A DNA stretch of 64,000 bases, taken from the IMG/VR virus record IMGVR_UViG_3300021387_000700; one strand, given 5' to 3'. The position numbers and the translations under genes were made by a program. This document shows, piece by piece, positions 19,449-27,899 of the stretch. This DNA is from a virus. The notes under the pieces are model-generated. The model was not told the origin of the DNA. It saw nothing but the letters and a program-made list of their open reading frames with translations, and searched no databases. Position 1 is the stretch's first letter. The number at the start of each line of letters is the position of its first letter.

Positions 19449-20075
19449 TTACTTGTTTATCCAAACCCTAAAATTAGCATCCCACATTATATCGCCGCGA
19501 TTATTGTTAAGCATGATAGTTGCACCGTCGGGACGGTTCTCGTCCGTATAGCCATCGGAAATGAAACCGTCGAAATTGCCTATATACATGTATTTCTGAT
19601 AATAATCGTTCCAATTCAATGCGCCACCGCATATCGGTCTATAAACAGAATCGCAGCTATCCTCCTTTGTCGGGTCGTAGATAATCTGATTGTTTGCGAA
19701 CACTACCGTCTTGTAAACCTTGTCGCGGAGGTAACGCTCGAAATCCTTGCAGTATTGAATATCCCTGCTGGAGACGTATGCCTTGATATGCGGCAGGACG
19801 CTTTCCTTTTCACGTTCCGACATTTTCTTCCAATAATCCAAAGCCTTTTTCTTTGAGCCCTTTCTGTTGTATGCCTTCCAGCACTCCTCGAAAAGCTCCT
19901 TGTTAGGCGCAAGCGTCCTTACATAGTCCACAATCTCGGCCATTGTCTCAAAATCAAGACCGTCGTCTATCACTATTCCGTTTTCCTCGATTTCGATAAT
20001 GCCGCGTGTGTCGGCCTTTAACAAGATGTCCCTAACGCGGGCTATCTGCTCGTCTGTTGTTAATCGTAATGCCAT
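19449..20075 (-). CDS. hypothetical protein
   Basis: 208 aa, directly upstream of the primase-helicase in the same operon. Confidence 0.5.
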   Translation of the reverse strand: MALRLTTDEQIARVRDILLKADTRGIIEIEENGIVIDDGLDFETMAEIVDYVRTLAPNKELFEECWKAYNRKGSKKKALDYWKKMSEREKESVLPHIKAYVSSRDIQYCKDFERYLRDKVYKTVVFANNQIIYDPTKEDSCDSVYRPICGGALNWNDYYQKYMYIGNFDGFISDGYTDENRPDGATIMLNNNRGDIMWDANFRVWINK

Positions 20076-20199
20076 ATTTTGCGTTTCTAAAATTATGCGT
20101 TCATTTTAAGAAAAAAGTAATGGGCGAATGAAAGATGAAACGCTTAACTTTCATTGGGCTATTGGCGGGTTGCAAGGCCACCTCACGCCCATTCTTGTG

Positions 20200-20207
20200 C
20201 AAAGATA
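20200..20207 (-). promoter_or_regulatory. Bacteroides-type -7 box (TATCTTTG on minus strand)
   Basis: The plus strand reads CAAAGATA in the 170-nt gap upstream of ATG 20075. Confidence 0.45.
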
Positions 20208-20245
20208 ATACTATTATTTGAAATATACAAACCTCTTAACGTTAT

Positions 20246-20950
20246 TTAATCAAAAAGGCTTGTTTGCACCACCGTTTGCCCGTTTGCCTGCCTTATCTCG
20301 CCCTTGCATATCCTATCAAAGCGTTCTACGCCCTTATTAAAGTACAAAGGCGATATTTCACAGCCCACATAATCAAAGCCCATCTGATATGCTGCAATAC
20401 GGCTGCTGGCACTACCCATCATCGGGTCAAAGATGATGTTGCCCTCCTTGGCATAGTTGCGGTAAATCCAGCCGTAAAGCTCTACGGGCTTCTGCGTAGC
20501 ATGGAAACGCTTATCATCGTGCTTGCTAAGTTGGCTGAACTCCACTATCTTTGCATTTCCTTGAAAGCTCGTCCACGCATACTCGCACATGGCCATAGAG
20601 AAATTTTCTGGAATCTGCTTTTTCCATATTAAGAAACAGCGAGTGGCAGGCATACCGTCGAAATAGTTAGCACCCCAAATAATCTGATTCTTGCTCACGC
20701 GGAAAAGCTCCTCGAAGAAATCATCATCGGGTGCTTTATCCCATTCATCAATGTCAATGGGATTACCGTCCACTTGGCGATAGCGGTTGAAACGGCCTTT
20801 GTGGAATCGGCCACCCTTGATGAAAGCCTCGCTGCCGCCATGTCCGTAAGGCGGGTCGGCTACGGCCAAATCAAAATAATCATCGGGCAGCGTTTTCATA
20901 TATTCCACGCAATCCATATTGAATACATCGCTCCTAAGTTCTTTTTCCAT
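20246..20950 (-). CDS. DNA methyltransferase (N6-adenine/N4-cytosine, ParB-less PF01555-like)
   Basis: 234 aa. Motif IV is VADPPYG, followed by HATQKPVELYGWI and motif I-like IIFDPMMGSASS. Confidence 0.8.
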   Translation of the reverse strand: MEKELRSDVFNMDCVEYMKTLPDDYFDLAVADPPYGHGGSEAFIKGGRFHKGRFNRYRQVDGNPIDIDEWDKAPDDDFFEELFRVSKNQIIWGANYFDGMPATRCFLIWKKQIPENFSMAMCEYAWTSFQGNAKIVEFSQLSKHDDKRFHATQKPVELYGWIYRNYAKEGNIIFDPMMGSASSRIAAYQMGFDYVGCEISPLYFNKGVERFDRICKGEIRQANGQTVVQTSLFD

Positions 20951-20953
20951 ATA

Positions 20954-21650
20954 CTAAAAATCTAATGTAAGTTGACTTTGTTCAATTCTTATTCTCTTCT
21001 TCGTCAGTTCATAATAATGCTCGTCAAGCTCAAAGCCGATAAACGAGCATTTCTGCTGTATCGCCGCGATAAGCGTCGTGCCGCTGCCGCAGGTGCAGTC
21101 CATGACTGTGAATTTACCCCCCCCCCATTTTCGTCGCGTCAAAAATTAGACGTCGTAACAAGTTGACGGGCTTTTCATTGGGATGCACCATCTTGTCGGC
21201 GGACACGCGGGGAACGGATATAATATCTACGGGGCGTTTCCCTTGAAACCTAAAATCCTTCATCGGCGCGAACACGATGCTTTCGTATCTGCTGCCGTAT
21301 GCCGATTCAAGGTCGCCCATAGAGTGATTGCCCTTATCCCATATAAGCACGTTCTTTACGCGCATACCGTTTGCCTGCAATTCATCTATAACGGGCTGCT
21401 GAACGTCCCACCGTGTGAACAGATAAACAGCACCCGTATCTTTCATAACCCTCGGCAGGTACTTGATGAAATCGACAAACGGCCTTTTGTCGTTGGCAAT
21501 CTTTTCAAAGTGCTTTTGTTTTCCGTTCCAAGAGGACTGATAATCTATGCCGTATGGCAAATCCGTGATGCACACATCAATGCTCTTGTCGGGTACTTGC
21601 TGGATAAGCTCCAAGCAGTCGCCGTGATATACGTTATTGAACTCCAGCAT
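20954..21650 (-). pseudogene. second DNA methyltransferase, split by a G10 tract (frameshifted; possibly phase-variable)
   Basis: ORF 21650->21114 carries ITDLPYG and HPNEKPVNLLRRLIF and ends ...DATKMGGG* inside the G-run. ORF 21142->20954 reads ...WGGGKFTVMDCTCGSGTTLIAA, the missing SAM motif I. With 9 or 12 G the two halves fuse in frame. Confidence 0.75.
21117..21126. repeat. homopolymer C10 (G10 on coding strand) inside the methyltransferase
   Basis: Counted directly as ...aatttaCCCCCCCCCCattttcg... It is the longest homopolymer I found in the window. Confidence 0.9.
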
Positions 21651-21653
21651 ATA

Positions 21654-22427
21654 CTATCCCAATTTATCGCCACAGCACCAAAGCATGTCGCCACTTTCCA
21701 AGAACTTTATGCAATGCGCATCCGACTGAGCCAGCATCGGAATATCTTCGTAGACAACATCTTCTGTTGACGTCGTTTGCTTGATGCGCTTATACGTAAA
21801 CGTTACCTGCGGGCGGTCAAACAATCCGTTTCCAAGCAGCCTTGCAACGGTGTTGTACGGCTCGCGCTTTGCCGTTACGCCCATAACCTCCACATCGGGT
21901 CGGTTATAGAACGACAAGCCGTGACAGATGCCAGCAACGATAACGCCGCTTTCATCATATACCACAATGCGTTTTATATCCTGCGGCACTAAGAAACATT
22001 GGTGCATGACCGTTTCAACGGCACAGCGGGCAGCAAAGCCCATCGGTAGCATGATACGGTTGCTATCCATGTCCGCATATTCCCTTGCACGGGCGTTAAT
22101 AACGTTATTGTAGCCGTTTGCCACTTGATGATAGTGCAGATTCTTGTTTAGCACGGCCATTGCGCCCATCATAGGCGTTTCATCGCCGTTAGGGGTGAAT
22201 ATGTCACACTTAAACCCGAAATCCGCACAGCCCTGCGCCACAAGTGCCAAATCAACATCATTGCGTCCGCAGGCATAGGTAACCTCGGTATAGCCAGCAT
22301 CATCAACGCGGTTTAGCAAGGAGTAAACCATACGGCCTCTTGTGCCGCATACGCCACCTTTGGCGAACTTGTAGTCCTCCTTGATGTATATGCTGTTATG
22401 GCCGTATATAGGCATTAGTCTATCCAT
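21654..22427 (-). CDS. hypothetical protein with weak resemblance to ACC-deaminase/D-Cys desulfhydrase (fold-type II PLP) N-terminus
   Basis: 257 aa. IYIKEDYKFAKGGVCGTRGRMVYSLL resembles IYIKRDD...GGNKxRKLE, but the PLP lysine is not evident. Confidence 0.25.
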   Translation of the reverse strand: MDRLMPIYGHNSIYIKEDYKFAKGGVCGTRGRMVYSLLNRVDDAGYTEVTYACGRNDVDLALVAQGCADFGFKCDIFTPNGDETPMMGAMAVLNKNLHYHQVANGYNNVINARAREYADMDSNRIMLPMGFAARCAVETVMHQCFLVPQDIKRIVVYDESGVIVAGICHGLSFYNRPDVEVMGVTAKREPYNTVARLLGNGLFDRPQVTFTYKRIKQTTSTEDVVYEDIPMLAQSDAHCIKFLESGDMLWCCGDKLG

Positions 22428-22776
22428 TTTTCTTATCTTTGTCCTTTTTGTTCAACTTTCCTGCAAGCAACAGCGTAGATACCTTGTCGTAGATAGCCCT
22501 ATTCTCCAAGTTGGTACGTATCTTTCCGAAATCATCATCATCCACGCATCGGCGGTATGACTTGCCAAGCATCTTAGGCACGTCTGTACGTTTGATATTG
22601 GCATCATCGCAAAGGCGTGAAAGCATACGTACCTCCTTTTCGGTGGCCTCGCAGCTGCCATCCTTGTTAGCATGTATGGTGCTGTTAAGCCAAGACAGCA
22701 GGTCATGTTTCTTAGCCATATAGCGCAATCTTGAAAGATATTCACGCGCCATCGCTTGCAGGGTCTCGTTACGCAT
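22420..22776 (-). CDS. hypothetical protein
   Basis: 118 aa. Its stop overlaps the start of the downstream gene. Confidence 0.45.
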   Translation of the reverse strand: MRNETLQAMAREYLSRLRYMAKKHDLLSWLNSTIHANKDGSCEATEKEVRMLSRLCDDANIKRTDVPKMLGKSYRRCVDDDDFGKIRTNLENRAIYDKVSTLLLAGKLNKKDKDKKNG

Positions 22777-22778
22777 AG

Positions 22779-23201
22779 TTAGAATGGTAAATCATCAGCT
22801 GGTGTATCTCCCGTTGTTTCGGGCATAGGTGATGCGGCTGGTGCGCTTGTAGGCGCAGGTGCTGACGGGGCATTTCCCGTAGTAGTGCCAGCATTGGCCG
22901 CTGGTGCTGGAGCTGCCGCCTGCTGCCCGTCCATGCGAACGGCACGCCACGCTTGACACTCCGTGAACCACTTACCCTGCCACTCACGGCTCTCGACGTC
23001 GAATGATACGTTATAGAAACCGCCAACGACAATCTGCATCTGTGCGAACTTATCCTCGCCCATAACCTTGAAGGCTACCTTTTTCGGGTACTGCCCCTGC
23101 GTTTCGATAACGAACTGATTGGTTACGTATGTATTGCCATTCTTCTGTGATGTGTATGTCTGCGGATTAAGCACCGCAACGACTTTTCCTTGTATTTCCA
23201 T
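22779..23201 (-). CDS. DUF3127-like OB-fold protein with SSB-type C-terminal tip
   Basis: 140 aa. MEIQGKVVAVL...QYPKKVAFKVMGEDKF...VSFDVESREWQGKWFTECQAWRA matches my memory of Bacteroidota DUF3127. A Pro/Ala-rich linker follows and the protein ends ...ADDLPF. Confidence 0.6.
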   Translation of the reverse strand: MEIQGKVVAVLNPQTYTSQKNGNTYVTNQFVIETQGQYPKKVAFKVMGEDKFAQMQIVVGGFYNVSFDVESREWQGKWFTECQAWRAVRMDGQQAAAPAPAANAGTTTGNAPSAPAPTSAPAASPMPETTGDTPADDLPF

Positions 23202-23206
23202 ATTGC

Positions 23207-23389
23207 TTATTTTTTGAAGTTTATAATAATTTCATCCCAAATATTGAAAGTGTGATGAAGATAATCCATCATATCGCTTTCCGTGCGAGTACCAACGTGC
23301 CGCCATCTACCAAGGCCGAAAATACCACGTTTATAGATGTAATATACGTTTTCGCCATTTTCTACTTTTCTAATAATCTTTTCTTTCAT
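23207..23389 (-). CDS. hypothetical small protein
   Basis: 60 aa ORF, co-oriented. Confidence 0.35.
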   Translation of the reverse strand: MKEKIIRKVENGENVYYIYKRGIFGLGRWRHVGTRTESDMMDYLHHTFNIWDEIIINFKK

Positions 23390-23503
23390 AACTAAAACGG
23401 TAATCTTTTAAAACTTATAAACGGCCAACGTAGCTCTTCGTTGATATGTAGCCATATACAACCAAACAATAGGTATGTGTGAAACGAATCACGCCCCCAG
23501 CTA

Positions 23504-23689
23504 CTAAAACCGCATCTTTCGCATACTTTTATCATACTTCTCGAGCTTTTTACGCTTCTTGGCCTTATATTGCTTGTTGTGCCGCTCAAGCTCGCAGGGC
23601 TTTACGCTGCGGGTGCAGGTGCAATGATTACCCTGCAAGCGTGATTTAAGCCAATATTGGCAGCTGGTGCATCTCATACGTCCATCCAA
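23504..23689 (-). CDS. hypothetical small Cys-rich basic protein
   Basis: 61 aa with CTSCQYW...HCTCTRSVKPC and a basic tail. Confidence 0.35.
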   Translation of the reverse strand: MDGRMRCTSCQYWLKSRLQGNHCTCTRSVKPCELERHNKQYKAKKRKKLEKYDKSMRKMRF

Positions 23690-23853
23690 GCTTTGTAAAC
23701 ACTATCATACTCCTTCTCGTCGACGCTCCAAATGGCATTTTCAAAATAAATCAGAAACTTGCCACTTTTGGGGTGTGATATTGCCACGACGCGACGCAGG
23801 TCTAACGTTGTTTTTAACCCGCAATAAACCAATTCTACCTTAAACTGCTTCAT
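23674..23853 (-). CDS. hypothetical small protein
   Basis: Internal ATG at 23853 (MKQFKVELVY...) is preferred over the 24015 start, which would overlap the upstream gene. Confidence 0.3.
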   Translation of the reverse strand: MKQFKVELVYCGLKTTLDLRRVVAISHPKSGKFLIYFENAIWSVDEKEYDSVYKAWMDV

Positions 23854-23972
23854 AATTTTATGTTTTAAATCTTGTTTTTGCCCATTTTCAAGCCCGTAGG
23901 CGCGTTTTCTCCCATTGAGCCTATAAAGTGCCCACCGAAAGAAAAACAACGCCTTAAAACGGCTTAAAACCG

Positions 23973-24170
23973 TTATTCCGCATTTGCGTTCGTATATTTC
24001 AGTATTTTCTCCCATGATGCTTGGTCGTAAATATGATATGGCTGGTTTGCACCTACGGTATAAACGCGCTTGTTTTGCAGGTCGACGCCTTCTATCGTCT
24101 CCAAGTTGAAGAGATACGGCAGATTATCCTTGCCGACCTTGATTCTTACGAACTTTGCCATGATAAACAA
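23973..24170 (-). CDS. hypothetical small protein
   Basis: 65 aa, starting 4 nt after the MazG stop. Confidence 0.4.
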   Translation of the reverse strand: MFIMAKFVRIKVGKDNLPYLFNLETIEGVDLQNKRVYTVGANQPYHIYDQASWEKILKYTNANAE

Positions 24171-24173
24171 CGT

Positions 24174-24743
24174 TTAATAGTTCTTGCCGTGACGAATGGA
24201 ACGGGTCTCGTTGTATTGCATCTTCTGCTCCACATGCCAAAGCAGGTCGAACTTATGGAAATCAGCGAAATCAAAGCACCACGTAAGAGAAGCACCAAGA
24301 AGACGGGAAATGTCGTCTGTCGACGTATCTTCGTCAATACGGGTTATAATCTTCGTCAATCCGTAGCATTGCTCATTGATAGAGTCTTTACCCCAAAGTT
24401 TAGCCCAATCATCGCTTGTAGATGTTTCCTCGAGGATAAGCGGCTCTATATGCCGTGTTCCCAAGAAATCGCATATACGGATAACAACGTCGGCCAATTC
24501 ATCCTCCAGCGTGTCCTTGACGTTCGATTCAAACCATTCGGCGAAAGTTTCATCACTAATAGATAGCTTATCACCGACAAAAGCACGGCGCGATTTTCTG
24601 TCGGCCTCGACCATCTCGCCGATTTCCGAAACGACGAGCATCATAAAATGCGCATTACTGCGGTCTACCTCATGAAAGCCGTGTGTGGCCGCAATGCTGT
24701 AGGCACGCTTAATCAATTCTTGAACTTTTTCTTTTGAAATCAT
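24174..24743 (-). CDS. MazG-like nucleoside triphosphate pyrophosphohydrolase
   Basis: 189 aa with all-alpha NTP-PPase signatures LVVSEIGEMVEADRK and ELADVVIRICDF. Confidence 0.65.
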   Translation of the reverse strand: MISKEKVQELIKRAYSIAATHGFHEVDRSNAHFMMLVVSEIGEMVEADRKSRRAFVGDKLSISDETFAEWFESNVKDTLEDELADVVIRICDFLGTRHIEPLILEETSTSDDWAKLWGKDSINEQCYGLTKIITRIDEDTSTDDISRLLGASLTWCFDFADFHKFDLLWHVEQKMQYNETRSIRHGKNY

Positions 24744-24748
24744 AATCT

Positions 24749-25183
24749 TTAATCTTTATTTGAAATTGAATAAAACCTTTCTACGTTCGGATGGTGCTGC
24801 TTCCAATAGACACCATGTTTCTTTTTGAGCTGCTTTTTCAGTTTTCGCGGTATGCGCCCAATCGTATGCAACCGTGCGACGATTCTTGCATTGTGGAGGT
24901 GCAGCTCGCGTCCGCTATCATACTTGACGACAACATCGAAACGCGGCTCGCCGACAAAAAGCGTCGGAAACGAATCTCGCAACGGTGGAACATCTACATC
25001 TACGGATATAGACATCTCCGTTGGCCTAAACGCCATCTGCGGCTGGTATGCACCACCGCCTATAACGCAGTCCTTGCAGACGATTGGATGATTGCCCGAA
25101 TCTATCATCACGGTAGAGTCGCCAATGGTAAAACTAAATTTCGGCTGCTGCACTTTCATCACCTCCATCATTATCACAACCAC
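24749..25183 (-). CDS. hypothetical protein
   Basis: 144 aa. The start is uncertain because several Met codons lie near the N-terminus. Confidence 0.45.
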   Translation of the reverse strand: MVVIMMEVMKVQQPKFSFTIGDSTVMIDSGNHPIVCKDCVIGGGAYQPQMAFRPTEMSISVDVDVPPLRDSFPTLFVGEPRFDVVVKYDSGRELHLHNARIVARLHTIGRIPRKLKKQLKKKHGVYWKQHHPNVERFYSISNKD

Positions 25184-25457
25184 GCATGAAATCTATAACA
25201 GCACTATCCATCAGCGCACCTACGCCCACCAAAGTCGTATGTATGCCACCAACTAATGACACCATCTGCCGAAGGCGCAGATATTCGGCGTTAGCCGACG
25301 GAACTTTTTCAGAACCCTCCAATTCCACCTCCTTCGCTTTCATGGCATCATGCAAACGCCGTAATAAACCGCCTACCATGCCACGAATACGCTCCATGTC
25401 TTGATTAGCTATACCAAGCAAAGCACCAGCCTGCAACTCTAATATATCCTTTGCCAT
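25134..25457 (-). CDS. hypothetical protein (first gene of the leftward operon)
   Basis: Start taken at ATG 25457 (MAKDILELQAG...), downstream of the -7 box at 25510-25517. Confidence 0.45.
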   Translation of the reverse strand: MAKDILELQAGALLGIANQDMERIRGMVGGLLRRLHDAMKAKEVELEGSEKVPSANAEYLRLRQMVSLVGGIHTTLVGVGALMDSAVIDFMRGCDNDGGDESAAAEI

Positions 25458-25509
25458 ATACAATAACTTTCTTTTATCATATAAATAAATTAAACTATAA
25501 ATTCGGGTG

Positions 25510-25517
25510 CAAATATA
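25510..25517 (-). promoter_or_regulatory. Bacteroides-type -7 box (TATATTTGCACCCG on minus strand)
   Basis: The plus strand reads CGGGTGCAAATATA. The same 14-mer recurs at 30124-30137. Confidence 0.5.
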
Positions 25518-26326
25518 CACACTTTATTTTAAATATACCTAATAATAAGGTAACTTTAACAAAAGATTAACTATTATAAAGGTTTCTTTATATATATAAG
25601 ATACACTATTTATAATATAGATAACCTATATTAATAAGTATATACTATATATAGGGATATATCTGCATACGCACACACGCGAAAATTTTTCTTTTTTCAA
25701 AAATTTCTTTTTTTAAAAAATGGATTATGCGCACCACACCGATTTTGGGCGCAAAAATAGCCCCCACCCCCTATAAAACCCCGTAACTCGCTGAAAATCA
25801 AGCAGTTATAAATATTATACGTTCGTTTTTTATTTATAACTTTGCACCCGCTTATATTACACGACGGTACGACTAAATAATCCCCACAAAGATACGCAAA
25901 CAAAGGGCAAAAAGTATAATTTTCGGGCTGCAAAGATAGTATATATTTTAGTCTTGAAAATAGGCTGTTTTTAGGTAGTTTTATTTATAAGATAACTATA
26001 TATATAAAGTATATATATTTAAGGGCTACAAAGTGCAGGAAAATAGGAAATAATATAATATAAATAATCATGTTTTAATATAGGTTTATAGGCAAAAAGA
26101 AAAGCATACAAGAAAAAGAAAAATAAAATATATAAATCTATATAATAATATAATATAATAAATAAGAATAGAAAAAGAAATAAAAGAAAAAGAAAAGATA
26201 ATAAGTGTATCAAAAACAATTAATAATATTATGATGCTGGCAATAACAAAGAATAATTGTAAATAATACACTATCAAATAAGGGCTATAAATAAAGGGTG
26301 AAAAATGTTTCACGCTTATTTAGAAT

Positions 26327-26342
26327 TGTGTGCGGACACAAA
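26327..26342. repeat. palindromic box TGTGTGCGGACACAAA (copy 1)
   Basis: Arms TGTGT/ACACA around a central CG. Read directly from the sequence. Confidence 0.7.
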
Positions 26343-26532
26343 TAGAAAAGTATATAAAAAGTAATATTGTAATATATACACATAAAATGCTTGAAAACCT
26401 TATATATAAATGGCTCTAACATTTATTATATATTTCTGTTAATAAGTATATATTTTGCAGAAGTCCTTTATTTATGGGTGTTTCACGCAATTAGTGCAAT
26501 ATTTTATAAAAGTCTAAATAATAAAAGGCCTC

Positions 26533-26548
26533 TGTGTGCGTACACAAA
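26533..26548. repeat. palindromic box TGTGTGCGTACACAAA (copy 2)
   Basis: Same architecture as copy 1. Confidence 0.7.
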
Positions 26549-27025
26549 TCGCTTAAAATTTTGGGGCTGGTATAAGTACCCACAAAGAGCATGAAAACGC
26601 AACAGCGGGAAAATTGGGGTCTTTTGTCTTGAAAAAGTATATAAATAAAATATATTCATATATATGCTAAAAGCCCTTTATACAAAGGTATTTGCAAGGA
26701 TTTAGTATATTATATTCTGTAAATATTCTTTATTGTTAATAAATATTTAACTCCTTGATTATCAATAAGTTACGTTTTAAACGTAACCCTCGCAAAAATT
26801 CACCTTATAAATGTAATAAATACACTATTAAAATACCCTATCATTTTATATATAAGTGTATATAGTACACCGAAAATATAAATACCAGCGTTTTTGTATC
26901 TTTATAAAATGATATACTTTGCACATGCTACAAAGGTACAAAGAATATATAAATATAAGATATAAGGAAATAAGGTCGGCAGGGTGCAAAAGTACGGGAA
27001 AAGCGGGTAAAATAGGGTCTATAAT

Positions 27026-27041
27026 TGTGTCCGTACACAAA
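27026..27041. repeat. palindromic box TGTGTCCGTACACAAA (copy 3)
   Basis: Same architecture as copy 1. Confidence 0.7.
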
Positions 27042-27392
27042 ACGGCTTTTATTGTGCTGGGTATATAATTACTATATTTGCAGGCTTTTAACGCTGTGTC
27101 GGGCTTTAAAACATGCTTAAAACGAATTATTTGCATTTTTGCTATATATACGCGCATATTCATATTATAAATAAATAATGCAATAATCCAGCATTTTTGC
27201 ACCCGCTTATAAAATAGGCTTTTAACATTTTAAGTTATTGATTTTCAAGCAGTTACAAACTTTTGTAATTAGTTTTCATCATAAAAAGTGTTTCATTTGT
27301 TAATTTAATAGGCTTTTCATGCTTATATAATAAATAAAGGTTAAAAAAATAACTTTTTAGGCTTAAAAGTTTGGTATATAAAAATATATTTG

Positions 27393-27400
27393 TACCTTTG
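27393..27400 (+). promoter_or_regulatory. rightward promoter: TTTGGTATAT...-N-...TACCTTTGCACC
   Basis: The -33-like TTTG lies at 27370-27373 and the -7 box at 27393-27400. The layout is nearly identical to the promoters at 38291-38326 and 50707-50741. Confidence 0.55.
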
Positions 27401-27899
27401 CACCAGCAAAACGATAGAACGGCAGGCGGAAGCCACATAGCGGACAGGGGTCGTTTGCGGGCGAGGAAAAAGCCTCGACCTATCTTTGCAAGTTTGGGCA
27501 ATATATACGCAGTAAGTTGACAGCCCGAAGACTACAAAGGGAAATAGGACGAGCACATTATCCCGAAAACTTGCATTTACTTGTTAGCGTGCAAAGTTTT
27601 GACCCAGTCACCTAATAAGGAATTAAAAAGAATAGTTAGGGCTTTAAATAGTAACATTGATATTTAAAACAAAGGGCTGTTAATTGCATGATGTTTCAAT
27701 GAATTGCAAACAAGCAAATAACTCACTATTTTGTATTTTTGTGCAGGGTATTTAGCACTGGGAACAGAATCTATTTTGCACATACATAAATACTTGCAAA
27801 TAGGCAGATTAATTGCACCCGCAGGAAATTGACAACTAATAGGGCAAAATGAAAAACCGAATTTTTGCAGCCTTCAAATATAATCCACTTTATTTATTA

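Noticed and set aside
26019-26313. ORFs of 66-75 aa (FLFLFLF..., YYYIDLYILFFF...), plus others at 26391-26594, 26846-27202 and 27253-27556, in the AT-rich region.
   Set aside because: These are low-complexity translations of A/T-rich repeats. They lack start contexts and overlap each other in different frames, so I treat them as non-coding.
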